This document shows, piece by piece, positions 25,762 to 35,136 of a DNA stretch of 64,000 nt. The notes beneath the pieces were generated by a model. It was not told where the DNA came from. It saw only the letters and a list, made by a program, of their open reading frames with translations, and ran no database searches. The DNA lies in the IMG/VR virus record IMGVR_UViG_2700989538_000002, one strand, 5' to 3'. Position numbers and translations under genes: made by a program. This DNA is from a virus. Position 1 is the stretch's first letter. The number at the start of each line of letters is the position of its first letter.

Positions 25762-26943
25762 CTAGCCAGTTGGCAGGTTTTCTAGGTCTGGTGTCAAGCG
25801 CTTTTTGCCCCACAGGTCCTCCGCTTTCGATCCAGCGTGCTCATCAGCTGTTGGCATCCACCTGCCGTAGACCCTGGCAATCATCGTCCAGTCGCTGTGC
25901 CCCATCTGCTGCGCAACCCACATGGGGTGCTCGCCGGCGGACAGCATCATCGAGGCATAGGTGTGCCGGGTCTGGTAGGGACGACGGTAGCGCACGCCGG
26001 CCTTCTTCAGCGCGTAAACCCACAGTGTTTTCCGGATCGGTCCGTCGCCGACCCATCGCTCGCCCGTCCTTGGATTCTGGAAGACTTCCTGGTTGGCCAG
26101 GTAGGTGAATGCCTTCTGCGCTTTCAGGGCTTCCAGCGCAGGGCCGAGCAGCTTGATGCTGCGCCGGCCGGATGTGGTTTTCGTCACCTCCGCTTTCCCC
26201 TTGGCCGCCTGGGTCATGGCGCGAGTGACATGCACCTCGCCGCGGAGCCAGTCAATATCGCCCCACTCGAGGCCGACGAGTTCGCTGGTCCGCATCCCCG
26301 TCCAGAGTGCGAACTGCACCAGGTTCCGCCCTTGACCATCCAAGGCATCCAGAATCGCTCGCTGCTCTTCCGGCGAGAACGGGTCCACGTCGTCGCCCTT
26401 GACCTCTCCCTTCCTTGCGTATGTCCAGCCGGCGAGGGGATTGTTGTCGATCAGTTCCTCTTCCATCGCATCACTGAGGGCCGAGCGTAGGCAGCTCTGG
26501 ATATTGCTGAGTGTCTTGTTGCTCACCTTCAAAGTATCCAGCCAATCCTTGACGGTTTTCCGCTTCAGGTCGACCACCATGACGGGGCCTAGGGCTGGCA
26601 CCAGGCGAAGCTCTACAATCTTCCTGTAGCCCTCGAAGGTACTGCTGGAGACGTGCTTGCGCTTCGACTCAAGCCATCGGCCAAGGAATCCCGTAACCGT
26701 TTCGCGTGACGCCTCAGGCGCAAACTTGGCGGCGCGCGGAGATCCAGGAAATGTCACCGAGTAGTCGAAGGTGCCGGCGGCGATCGCATGTTCGACAGCC
26801 GCCTTATGCTGCTCCGCTCGCTTCAGGTTAGTGGCGGTGGGCTTGAGCGAGATGCGCTCCCGGCACCTGACGCCGCGATACATGAACGTGATTTCGATAC
26901 TCGAATCAGAGACCGCCCTGACTCCCCGCCCATCTCTACCCAT
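25762..26943 (-). CDS. int: lambda-family tyrosine integrase (prophage)
   Basis: C-terminal catalytic region ...RPYQTRHTYASMMLSAGEHPMWVAQQMGHSDWTMIARVYGRW (H-x-x-R...Y). The preceding small gene overlaps it in the usual xis-int arrangement. Confidence 0.85.
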   Translation of the reverse strand: MGRDGRGVRAVSDSSIEITFMYRGVRCRERISLKPTATNLKRAEQHKAAVEHAIAAGTFDYSVTFPGSPRAAKFAPEASRETVTGFLGRWLESKRKHVSSSTFEGYRKIVELRLVPALGPVMVVDLKRKTVKDWLDTLKVSNKTLSNIQSCLRSALSDAMEEELIDNNPLAGWTYARKGEVKGDDVDPFSPEEQRAILDALDGQGRNLVQFALWTGMRTSELVGLEWGDIDWLRGEVHVTRAMTQAAKGKAEVTKTTSGRRSIKLLGPALEALKAQKAFTYLANQEVFQNPRTGERWVGDGPIRKTLWVYALKKAGVRYRRPYQTRHTYASMMLSAGEHPMWVAQQMGHSDWTMIARVYGRWMPTADEHAGSKAEDLWGKKRLTPDLENLPTG

Positions 26944-27098
26944 GCTTCATAGCCTTCTACATCAATAAGCGTCCGGCCATCCGGTGCTTTCTTCCATACG
27001 TCGCCGAGGCGCCAGATTCCGTCGCGGATCTTCGAGCGCACAGCGTCTTCGGTGTAGCCAGACTCGCTGGCGAATTTTTTAACAGTCAGGTAGCGCAT
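26823..27098 (-). CDS. xis: putative excisionase / DNA-binding protein
   Basis: MRYLTVKKFASESGYTEDAVRSKIRDGIW... resembles an Xis-like winged helix. Overlaps the int 5' end as in lambda. Confidence 0.45.
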   Translation of the reverse strand: MRYLTVKKFASESGYTEDAVRSKIRDGIWRLGDVWKKAPDGRTLIDVEGYEAWVEMGGESGRSLIRVSKSRSCIAASGAGSASRSSPPPLT

Positions 27099-27430
27099 TC
27101 CTGAGGTCTAGGCTTGAATGCAAGCCCCTCCCAGCGGCCGGATGGGCCGCGGATCTCGCTGCGCCGAACGTAGGCCCGGCGTTTCTTGCTATCGAACAGT
27201 GCCTGGCAGACATCCATCCGCTCATCATTATTCGTTATTGCCAGTAGTCTGGCGCGGTCACCGCTGTTGACGAAGACAAAGCCGTCCTTGACCTTCCCGA
27301 ATCCACTGGTCCGGTATAAGGCCCAGCGCGCCCCTCCTTTCTTGCCCCCCTTCGACCCTTCGGTCAGGTAGAACGCGAACTCTCCCCTCATCACGCGGAA
27401 CAGAGTTCTAGCCATGGCGACCCCCTCCAT
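27086..27430 (-). CDS. hypothetical phage early protein
   Basis: ORF in the leftward early operon. Confidence 0.4.
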   Translation of the reverse strand: MEGVAMARTLFRVMRGEFAFYLTEGSKGGKKGGARWALYRTSGFGKVKDGFVFVNSGDRARLLAITNNDERMDVCQALFDSKKRRAYVRRSEIRGPSGRWEGLAFKPRPQECAT

Positions 27431-28127
27431 CTTTCCCCACTTCCGTATAGACCTCAGGCTTTCGCTCGACCGTGCGGATTGAACCGTCTCGGCAGTGCAG
27501 CGTCAGCGCGGCCCGCTTCGTCTCGATCGTGCCGTCGTTGCGGATCACTGTCTGGGGCACGCCATAGAGTGGCCCGCCGGGAGCGAACGGATCGGGTAGA
27601 GCCTCAGGGTTCTCCTCTGCGAATCGCAGCATCTCGGCTATGATGCAGTTGAACAGTGGGCCGTCCTTCAGGTCCGCCTCTCGCCTTCCGCTGAAAGCGT
27701 TCGAGCTATCCTCAAGGCCCTCGACGAAGGCGATGTGATTGAGCATCTGCCCAGGCTTGGCGCCTTGGATGGCGGAGCGGTGGACCGGATTGACGCCGAG
27801 GGCATCGCAGATGCGATCGACTCCAATCTCTCCCTCGATCCACCTCTCGGCCTGCAGGAGCCAGGCGCCAAGGGCGGCTTGGGCTTTCTCGTGGTAGCTG
27901 CTGGATGTTTTCCGAAACTCCTTCGCCTGTTCCAACTGGGCCCTGGTGAATGGAAGGCCCTTCCTTGCCTCCTTGATCTTTCGATCAGCGCAGGTCCTGT
28001 CGGCCTCCCAGCCGAACTGGTACTGCCTGGCCATGCGACGCGCGACCAGGAGGCGGGTGAGCGCGGAGAGGTCTGGCTTGTCCCAAATGTTGAGCAGACG
28101 CTTCAGGTTCTCGTAGGTCATCAGCAT
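27408..28127 (-). CDS. hypothetical phage early protein, 239 aa
   Basis: ORF in the track. Co-oriented operon. Confidence 0.4.
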   Translation of the reverse strand: MLMTYENLKRLLNIWDKPDLSALTRLLVARRMARQYQFGWEADRTCADRKIKEARKGLPFTRAQLEQAKEFRKTSSSYHEKAQAALGAWLLQAERWIEGEIGVDRICDALGVNPVHRSAIQGAKPGQMLNHIAFVEGLEDSSNAFSGRREADLKDGPLFNCIIAEMLRFAEENPEALPDPFAPGGPLYGVPQTVIRNDGTIETKRAALTLHCRDGSIRTVERKPEVYTEVGKDGGGRHG

Positions 28128-28600
28128 GATGGCGGCTCCTTGTCCACGCCCATCCTATGGAGTAGACGTTCCTTGCAGAGCTGTTCTTGAAGGCGTTGGA
28201 TCTCGCAGGTGTAATTCTTTGCAGTCCGCAGCGAGCCGAGCGCGTATCCGACGTAGAGGACGCCCGCGCACCAGACGATGCAGAGGAGTAGTGTTCCGAT
28301 CATGGCTGGCGCCCCTTGTCCGTGTCGCAGATCCGCAGGTCGACCCCGCAGGCCTGGACCAGTTCGGTCAACTCGCCGAGCTTGGTGTTGGGGTTCTGCA
28401 TCGCCTGGCCCAGGCGGACCAACTGTTGGCCTAGGGTGGCGAGCGGGGTAGGGCGATACCCTGGTGGTGGAATATCGGAGCCTCTCATCACTGGCATACC
28501 TCCCAGATGAACAGGGTCTTGAACGGCTGGAGCGCGGTGCCGGCGGCAACCGCAGCCAGGCCAAACAGCGCGACGAGTGCGATGGCGGTCAGTGCTTTTC

Positions 28601-29128
28601 TCATGCATCACCCAGTAGGAGTCGCATCGCCGCGTAGGTTTCGGGGGCTCCCCTGCTGCGTTGCCAGTCCAGCCCAGCTTCTTGCAGGAAAAGGTTGGTG
28701 AGCTTTCCCCAACTGCTCGCCAGTGCGGCCCACTCCTGGCTGTGCTGGGCCATCTCGCGGATGCGTGGCGCCCATTCAGGGATCAGGTTCAGCAGAAGCA
28801 GGCAGCGATTCAGATCATCCGGGTCATGGGGATAGGCCGCGTGATGGCGTTCCATGGGCAGACCGAGCATGTGATCGTGGATGGCCCGCGAAGACGCTCC
28901 CACTTGACCGTCCCTCAGCCATCTCGCGGCCCGCTCCTCGATGGTGCTGCCGGTACCGGGCATGCTGGTGTCGTAGCCCAGCGGGCAGCCGGCGTTATCC
29001 AGGGCTTTGACGCAGGCATCATCGAAACTTGCCAGGTCAACCCGGCCCTGAATCAGGTCGTTCATTACCGGGGTGATAGCGTCGAGCTGGCGCTGGTTGA
29101 GGGCATGGCCCTTGAGGGTGATGCTCAT
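28601..29128 (-). CDS. hypothetical phage early protein, 175 aa
   Basis: ORF in the track. Overlaps the next gene by 4 nt. Confidence 0.4.
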   Translation of the reverse strand: MSITLKGHALNQRQLDAITPVMNDLIQGRVDLASFDDACVKALDNAGCPLGYDTSMPGTGSTIEERAARWLRDGQVGASSRAIHDHMLGLPMERHHAAYPHDPDDLNRCLLLLNLIPEWAPRIREMAQHSQEWAALASSWGKLTNLFLQEAGLDWQRSRGAPETYAAMRLLLGDA

Positions 29129-30024
29129 GCGTCACCGCCTTCCGCCGGCGCGGTCCAATTGTGAATGGCCAGTTCCACACGGTCGGTAGCGACGTCAACG
29201 CCTGCGCACAGAACCTCGGCCGACCATTTCGCCATGGCAGCATCGATGGCCTCGTCCAGATCAGCCTCTACCAGGAGGTTGCCGTCCTTGTCCCGCGGGA
29301 GAAGGTTGACGACGCTCTTGTCCATGCGATTGACCTCGCGGGCCAGGTCCGATGCGTAGAGAGCCGTGTTGCGCAGCCACAGGTAGCGCTTGGCGTTCTC
29401 GGCCTGCACTTCCCGCTCCAGCATCTGGTCCATCTCGACGCAGTCCTGGCACTGGCCATGCTGGCGAATGAAGGCCGCTTCGACGCTGTCCCCGGCGAAC
29501 CAGTGGTTGCAGCGGCAGAAGGCCGGATCGACTGGTTGTTGCTGGCGCTTCATCTCGGTGACCACCACCTCGACGGCCTCGATCACCGGCACGCCGACGT
29601 AGCCGTCCTCGATTGCCACGCGATCAAGCCAGCGCACCAGAGTTTGGAGGCTTTCGGCCAGTTTGCTGTCGCCCGATCCCGGCGCGGGGTGGGGTCGCTC
29701 GCCGGCATTACCCGGTCCGGAAACAGGTTCGCCGCCAGGATTGCCCGGTTCGGAACTCGCTCCAGCGCCACTCAATGCCGCCAGTGCGATCTGTCGCATG
29801 TTCGCCGCCGGCATGTTGTCCTGCTCGGGACAGGGGTACTCGGCGATGGTGCGGAGCGCCAGGACGGCGCGCTCGAGCGGATGCTCTTCTGCAGCCTCGG
29901 CGCCGGCCAGGTGCTTCGCTACCGTTTCCCGGATGACGCGCAGCGCGTTCATGGCCTGGAGCGAGCTACCGTCCTGGCCGAGCTTGGCGGTCAGATCGAT
30001 CTGTTTAAACAGGGCATGGGTCAT
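29125..30024 (-). CDS. hypothetical phage early protein, 299 aa (Cys cluster CRCNHW...CQDC)
   Basis: ORF in the track. Confidence 0.4.
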   Translation of the reverse strand: MTHALFKQIDLTAKLGQDGSSLQAMNALRVIRETVAKHLAGAEAAEEHPLERAVLALRTIAEYPCPEQDNMPAANMRQIALAALSGAGASSEPGNPGGEPVSGPGNAGERPHPAPGSGDSKLAESLQTLVRWLDRVAIEDGYVGVPVIEAVEVVVTEMKRQQQPVDPAFCRCNHWFAGDSVEAAFIRQHGQCQDCVEMDQMLEREVQAENAKRYLWLRNTALYASDLAREVNRMDKSVVNLLPRDKDGNLLVEADLDEAIDAAMAKWSAEVLCAGVDVATDRVELAIHNWTAPAEGGDA

Positions 30025-30356
30025 AGGTCACCCCCTTGCTCGGCTCTGCGCACCGCCTGGTAGGCGAGGGCGTAGCAAGCCATTTGCACCAGCAGGCTTG
30101 AAGCCGCGAGCGCAGGGTGATCTGTGAGGGCCAGGGCCGCCACGTGCAGAGCGCCGGTAGGGATGGAGAGCCACGGGCGGGCGAGCATGTTCGCGGCTCC
30201 TTGCCCCTTGATGCCGCCGGCGAAGATCAGCAGCCAACAGAGGACGTTTAGGGCCGCTGACACATAGAAGGCGAACTGGTGGATGGAGCCATGTCCGAAG
30301 TACAGACACGCGCTGATCAGCAGGCTGACCGCGGTACTGGTGAGTGCTTGCTTCAT
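30021..30356 (-). CDS. small membrane protein, 111 aa
   Basis: Three predicted hydrophobic helices. Confidence 0.4.
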   Translation of the reverse strand: MKQALTSTAVSLLISACLYFGHGSIHQFAFYVSAALNVLCWLLIFAGGIKGQGAANMLARPWLSIPTGALHVAALALTDHPALAASSLLVQMACYALAYQAVRRAEQGGDL

Positions 30357-30358
30357 GA

Positions 30359-30589
30359 TCAGCGGCCTCCGACGGCGGTGGTCAACGCATCGAGGAGCGC
30401 ATGCTTTCGGCGCTGGCCATGCAGGTACTCGCGCAGGGCAACGACGATCAAGGAGTTCATGCTGCGCTCGTCTCGCTTGGCCTCGGCTTCGACCTCGGCC
30501 CTCAGTCCGTCCGGCAGTCGGACAACGAACTTGTCCATGTCCCGGCTGGTGCTGGCCGGCAGTTCGGTTACAACGGTTGCTCGTTTCAT
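30359..30589 (-). CDS. Arc/MetJ-type ribbon-helix-helix DNA-binding protein
   Basis: KFVVRLPDGLRAEVEAEAKRDERSMNSLIVVALREYL is an Arc-like RHH. Confidence 0.55.
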   Translation of the reverse strand: MKRATVVTELPASTSRDMDKFVVRLPDGLRAEVEAEAKRDERSMNSLIVVALREYLHGQRRKHALLDALTTAVGGR

Positions 30590-30591
30590 GA

Positions 30592-31380
30592 TCAGCCCCC
30601 CGCCTTCACGAACCGGTGGTTGTCATCCAGCTTGTAGGCAACACCTGGCTCAAGGCCGTCTTCGCCGATATAGCCGATGACGGTGCGGTACCGTTCGGTC
30701 TTTTCGTCCCAGTAGCGGATTTGGATCTCGCCTTTCTTCCCGGCGGTGGCGGTGCCCTCGTCCCCGGCGGTGGCGGTGCCCTCGTCCCCGGCGGTGGCGG
30801 TGCCCTCGTTCCCGGCGGTGGCGGTGCCCCAGTACCCGGCGGTGGCGGTGCCCTTGTACCCGGCGGTGGCGGTGCCCTCGTCCCCGGCGGTGGCGGTGCC
30901 CTTGTACCCGGCGGTGGCGGTGCCCTTGTACCCGGCGGTGGCGGTGCCATATGCGCCTACCTGACAGAGTTCCTTATCGCCTGCCTGTAGGGTGGCGCCG
31001 ATCACTGCTACGCCAGCCGCGCGCGGTTCGTTTGCGATCAGGAACTGTGTTGCGCTTGCCTTGTCCCCGATGTGACGGACTGTGCAGCGAGGAAACTTCA
31101 CCTTGCCGCCGAGGGCGATCAGGTCGGAGAGACCCACTTCAACCACCAGCCACTTCGCATCTGCGTCGCCTACGGTGCTGCTGCAATCATGGTCGCCCTG
31201 TCCGAACAGCCATCCATGCAGGCCGTGACCGCACTTGTTGTCCTTCTTCCAGTCCGGGGCTTCGACTACCGCTCCGATCTTGTCTGGCCACTGAAACCCG
31301 CCGTGACTGGTGAGATCAGCGCTGCAGGTCCTGAGGATGAGAGCGGTGCCTTGCTTCTTGGTCTTTGCTTTGGTGGTCAT
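30592..31380 (-). CDS. phage protein with nine tandem octapeptide repeats (GTATAG-x-x), 263 aa
   Basis: ATG at 31378-31380. Repeat block YGTATAGYKGTATAGYKGTATAGDEG... encoded by the 24-bp tandem DNA repeats. Confidence 0.5.
   Translation of the reverse strand: MTTKAKTKKQGTALILRTCSADLTSHGGFQWPDKIGAVVEAPDWKKDNKCGHGLHGWLFGQGDHDCSSTVGDADAKWLVVEVGLSDLIALGGKVKFPRCTVRHIGDKASATQFLIANEPRAAGVAVIGATLQAGDKELCQVGAYGTATAGYKGTATAGYKGTATAGDEGTATAGYKGTATAGYWGTATAGNEGTATAGDEGTATAGDEGTATAGKKGEIQIRYWDEKTERYRTVIGYIGEDGLEPGVAYKLDDNHRFVKAGG
30740..30955. repeat. 9 x 24-bp perfect or near-perfect tandem repeat (CGGCGGTGGCGGTGCCCTCGTCCC-type units), intragenic
   Basis: Read directly from the sequence. Units differ only at the two wobble-linked codons that encode x-x. 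Confidence 0.7.
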
Positions 31381-31424
31381 GTTTTTCTCCAGTGGCGCCA
31401 TCGCTGGCGCCGGGGCGAGGGTGG

Positions 31425-32261
31425 CTACTTGCTGATGCCGATGAAGGGAAGCGGGGAGCCGCTGGCCATGTAGGTGGGCAGCTTTCCGTCCCACTTCTCG
31501 ACGGCATTGAGGGTCACGACGTCGGGGTTCGAGCGCAGCGCCTGGGCGCGGATCTCGATCGCCTTCGCGTCGGCGGTGGCCAGGGTCAGCTTCGCGTCCG
31601 CCTCCCCTTGGGCCCGAGCGCGTTCCTTGTCGGCTTTTGCCTTGGCTTGGGCGACCTCGTTACGGCGCTGCTCGGCCATCTGGGTGGCCTGGATCTTCGC
31701 GTTCAGGCTCTGCGTAACCTGCGGCGGGAGGACCAGGTCGGATGCGTAGTAGATGCGCTCGATGTTGATGCCGATGGGCGCCACCTGATCGCGCACGCGC
31801 TTCTCGACGGCCAGCAGCAGGTCCGCCTTACCGGCGCCATAGACGCTCTCGACTGGAAGCTTCGAGGCAACATCGTTGAAGGCATCGCGCACCATGTTCC
31901 GCAGGAACTTGTTCGTGATTTCGTCGATTCCCGCCCGGTACTTCTGGAACAGCGTCGTCACCTTGTCGGGGGATACCGAGTAGGTGATGCCGACGGCGCC
32001 GCCAACCTTCATGCCCTCAACGGTCTGGAAACTGATCGCTTCCTCGCCGCCCCAGGTTTCGGTCTGCGTGAAGGTGGGGAACAGGTAGAGCTCCTCGTTC
32101 ACGCCTACCCAGTAGCGACCAGTTCCGACCTCGCGCGTCTCCACGCCCTTCTCGGAGCCGTAAAGGTTGACGATCACGCCGACGTTGCCGGCAGGCACCT
32201 TCGAACAGCCCGCCAGGACGGCGAGCAGGCACAGCATTGCAGCAGCGGGAATCCGCTTCAT
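31425..32261 (-). CDS. SPFH/band-7 (stomatin/prohibitin-like) domain lipoprotein, 278 aa
   Basis: Signal plus lipobox MKRIPAAAMLCLLAVLAGCS. SPFH core GNVGVIVNLYGSEKGVETREVGTGRYWV..., then an Ala/Lys/Glu-rich coiled-coil tail. ATG at 32259-32261. Confidence 0.65.
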   Translation of the reverse strand: MKRIPAAAMLCLLAVLAGCSKVPAGNVGVIVNLYGSEKGVETREVGTGRYWVGVNEELYLFPTFTQTETWGGEEAISFQTVEGMKVGGAVGITYSVSPDKVTTLFQKYRAGIDEITNKFLRNMVRDAFNDVASKLPVESVYGAGKADLLLAVEKRVRDQVAPIGINIERIYYASDLVLPPQVTQSLNAKIQATQMAEQRRNEVAQAKAKADKERARAQGEADAKLTLATADAKAIEIRAQALRSNPDVVTLNAVEKWDGKLPTYMASGSPLPFIGISK

Positions 32262-32512
32262 TGGTCTTTCTCCTTGCTGGTGGTGGCCGCTTCTTCGCGG
32301 CGGGTGTTGGCGAGGTGGATGCCGAGGCAGACCGAGGCGATCAACCAGACGCCGGGGATGGCGAATCCCGCGAAGACCAGAACATCGTCGCGACTGCTGA
32401 CCAGGGCCGGCCCAATGCCGCCCACCAGGGCGACGGACAACCCGGCATAGGCCAGCAGGGCGATACAGATCAGGAAGAGCTTCCCGGGCTTGATGAGAGG
32501 TTTGTTGTCCAT
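32258..32512 (-). CDS. small two-TM membrane protein, overlaps and is co-transcribed with the SPFH gene
   Basis: ATGA overlap with the downstream SPFH gene. Hydrophobic helices LFLICIALLAYAGLSVALVGG and VFAGFAIPGVWLIASVCLGI. Confidence 0.45.
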   Translation of the reverse strand: MDNKPLIKPGKLFLICIALLAYAGLSVALVGGIGPALVSSRDDVLVFAGFAIPGVWLIASVCLGIHLANTRREEAATTSKEKDQ

Positions 32513-32611
32513 GCTTTCCTCCAGGCAAGCCGATGGCCTGCCGCGGTTGTTGGCTTTCGCGAAAATCGGTTGGTTACTGCTTGGCTGCTTCGGCGCGTTC
32601 GGTCTGCCGCG

Positions 32612-32851
32612 TCAGATCAGCCCTCTCTGCTGCAGGTCGTTCAGTTCTGCGTCCGCAAATCCGGCCGCTGCCTTCAGGTCTGCCACGGTAAGCTCGTCGA
32701 GCGTCTTGCCCAGGCCCTGGATGTGCCGGGCGAAAGCGCGCTGTGCCGGCCCGTTGTAGCCATGGCAGAAGTCGGCCGCTGCGCGCAGTTCACCGTCGAG
32801 CTGCAGCGCCAGGATGTTGAGAGGATCGTTTCTGTCCCAGGCCATGATCAC
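32612..32851 (-). CDS. hypothetical protein, 79 aa
   Basis: ORF in the track. Confidence 0.3.
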   Translation of the reverse strand: MIMAWDRNDPLNILALQLDGELRAAADFCHGYNGPAQRAFARHIQGLGKTLDELTVADLKAAAGFADAELNDLQQRGLI

Positions 32852-33252
32852 GCCACCCAGGCCACGCCATCGCGGCGAGCAGTCAGACGAGTTTCGATCT
32901 TCCTTTCGCCGCCACGGCGGCTGCGCATCATGTGGTCATCGTTGAGCAGTGGCTGACCGGCGACGAGGAAGGCGAGGGCGATCACGGCGGGCGAGATAAG
33001 CCCGCGGCGCATAGCCTCGGCGACCAGTGCTGCGCGACGGGTGACGCCGAGCTTGGTGGTCGCCGCCAAGACGCGCTTACCCACTGTGCCCGGCTGCATG
33101 CCCAGGTCGCGGGCCAGTTCCTTCGAGGTACGACCCGCAGCGATACCCAGGACGCACTGAAGCTCACGCAGGGACAGGCCTTTGCCGAGGAAGCCGGTGA
33201 AACCGTGTGCGGTGATGGTTTGTGGATGCATTGCTGTCTCCCATGTGTGCAA
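32848..33252 (-). CDS. LuxR/GerE-type HTH regulator
   Basis: LSLRELQCVLGIAAGRTSKELARDLGMQPGTVGKRVLAATTKLGV matches the GerE-family signature. Confidence 0.5.
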   Translation of the reverse strand: MHTWETAMHPQTITAHGFTGFLGKGLSLRELQCVLGIAAGRTSKELARDLGMQPGTVGKRVLAATTKLGVTRRAALVAEAMRRGLISPAVIALAFLVAGQPLLNDDHMMRSRRGGERKIETRLTARRDGVAWVA

Positions 33253-33348
33253 TTCAAGTTATTCGCAAATGAATTTATTGTCAATGCATTATTGAATTTT
33301 TCGAGAGACAAAAAAGCCCGCAATGCGGGCTTGGTAGGTATCCGGTGG

Positions 33349-33939
33349 CTATCGCCTTCGAATCTTGAGAATCCGCTCTACCTTTTCTGAATGGGTGAGA
33401 GGGTCTTCGAACTCAAGCGTGATCTTCACTAGGCGGCTTCGTTGCGCTGCGCTAAAGAGATAACCCAGGTCATCCGAGAGCGCCTTAAGCAGAAGCTGCT
33501 GGAGGCTGCTTGGCTTATGCCTGCTCCCTTCCAGAGCTATGCAGGGCCTTATTGAGTAACCGCGTCGAAGGCCATTGCTGTCTGTCAGTTTCAGCTGGAG
33601 CTCAGTCTGGCGCGGATCAAAGTCTTCAAGGTCTTCATTCTCAAGCTCCTGGCGCTCCTTATCCTCAAGATCCAGTTCCTGCAGTTCGTTCTCTTCAAGA
33701 ATTTCTTGCTCGCTTGGCGTAAATGGAATGCTTCCCGACCAAAGCCACTCTGCCGAGACACCCAGCGCCTTTGCTAGGCGGGTGACGGTCTCCCTTCTTG
33801 GCTGACCCGTGTCACCTCTAGCAATGCGGTGAACTGTTGGCTGCGGCACATGAGCGCGCCGGCTTAGCTCGGTTTCAGACCATCCTTTTTCTGACATTAG
33901 TTCTCTGAGCCGCTCTGCGAGCGTCATGGCGAAAGTCAC
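33349..33939 (-). CDS. CI-like prophage repressor, XRE HTH N-domain, no S24 peptidase domain
   Basis: LAERLRELMSEKGWSETELSRRAHVPQPTVHRIARG HTH. Acidic linker. The C-terminus lacks the Ser/Lys autoproteolysis motifs. Divergent from the cro-like gene. Confidence 0.6.
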   Translation of the reverse strand: MTFAMTLAERLRELMSEKGWSETELSRRAHVPQPTVHRIARGDTGQPRRETVTRLAKALGVSAEWLWSGSIPFTPSEQEILEENELQELDLEDKERQELENEDLEDFDPRQTELQLKLTDSNGLRRGYSIRPCIALEGSRHKPSSLQQLLLKALSDDLGYLFSAAQRSRLVKITLEFEDPLTHSEKVERILKIRRR

Positions 33940-34026
33940 CCCTTGTAAGACGATGAGAGATTGTATTGCGATGCCCTATGCGTTGGTGTATTTTTATTGA
34001 TGCATAGATGAATAAGGCCATGCAGG

Positions 34027-34302
34027 ATGAATATTCCCGAAGCTTTGGCGAGGCTTGGCTCAGTTGGCCTCTCGCAAAAGGCAATTGCAAAAGCCGTTGG
34101 ATCGAGCCAATCCACCATCAATAGGGCATTGCATGGTAAGGATATCCGGTTCTCCACCGGCGCTTTGATCATTGAGTTGGCCGAGAGGATTGAAAAGACC
34201 ACAAGCTCCGCCGACCTTGAGCCCATTCTGCCGCCCGATTCCCACGTCCGGCAGTGCGCTGATGCTGCTGTGCAGGCATCCAGTGCCGAGGTGGCGCCAT
34301 GA
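34027..34302 (+). CDS. Cro-like HTH regulator
   Basis: LSQKAIAKAVGSSQSTINRALHGK HTH. Divergent from the repressor gene. Confidence 0.55.
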   Translation: MNIPEALARLGSVGLSQKAIAKAVGSSQSTINRALHGKDIRFSTGALIIELAERIEKTTSSADLEPILPPDSHVRQCADAAVQASSAEVAP

Positions 34303-34800
34303 GCATTCGGTTTGCGGTGCCCGACCGAGGGCTATATCGAGGCCTGCCGAGCGGATCAATTTCGCATGCTAAAGCGCCACGGGCCGAATCATTAAACCCA
34401 GTTAAAAGCCAAGGGGTTTCCTGCTGGTGGAAGCTCTGCCCACAAACCCGGGGTGACGCGCGCAAAAAAGGGGCACTGGCAACCCACTATTCCTATGAGC
34501 GTTCCTGTGCGGAGTCTGGTCATGGTGACCATCGGCAGGGCCTCTTCAGGGCCTTCGTTTACTTGGGCGCTTGGGATATTTCTAAACGGGTGCAGGCTGT
34601 CTGCGTCGTTCAACGAAATTCGGGAGCTTGCACTTTGAAAAAGCCTGATACGCGCGCTCGCGCCCCTTCCTCAAAGCCGCCCTGATCGCGGTTTTCAAAA
34701 TGCGTGGTGGATAGGGCATTCCTGTCCCCAGACAGCAAGAAGCCCCGCTTTCGCGAGGCCCTTAGTCGGTAGTCGTTGGCGCGACTGCCTAGGTACTTCT

Positions 34801-35136
34801 TTGTCTCAAGGGAGACGAACTATGCAACCCAAAAATATCAAAACGTCAACCCCGGCGCAACAACCAGCCGCTACCAAGGAGGTCGGGTTTCTTGTCGTTC
34901 CTAGTTCCGGAGCTTGTGCGCTCAAGGTTTGCGAAGGAGTTCCCGTTGGTGAGCTGATGGGGATCTATGAGGATTCACTGGATGCTGTTTGCGCTTTTAT
35001 CAAGCGCATTGCCCGGGATGGCGAGCATCCGATGGACGAGTGCGAAGCCGCAGCGATCGCCCTGCTTACTGAGGTGGTGGCGGCTATGCACAGTAGCTGC
35101 GTGCGCGGCCTTGATGCTGCGGGAGATGCTGCATGA
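34801..35136 (+). CDS. hypothetical early-right protein
   Basis: First of five short ORFs joined by 4-nt ATGA overlaps. Confidence 0.4.
   Translation: MSQGRRTMQPKNIKTSTPAQQPAATKEVGFLVVPSSGACALKVCEGVPVGELMGIYEDSLDAVCAFIKRIARDGEHPMDECEAAAIALLTEVVAAMHSSCVRGLDAAGDAA

Noticed and set aside
30740-30955. CRISPR-like appearance of the 24-bp repeats
   Set aside because: The repeats are contiguous with no spacers and are in frame inside a CDS. No cas genes are present.
34299-34685. 128-aa ORF immediately after cro, a possible cII analogue
   Set aside because: Cys/Trp-rich composition, no HTH and no RBS. It is more likely a non-coding regulatory interval.
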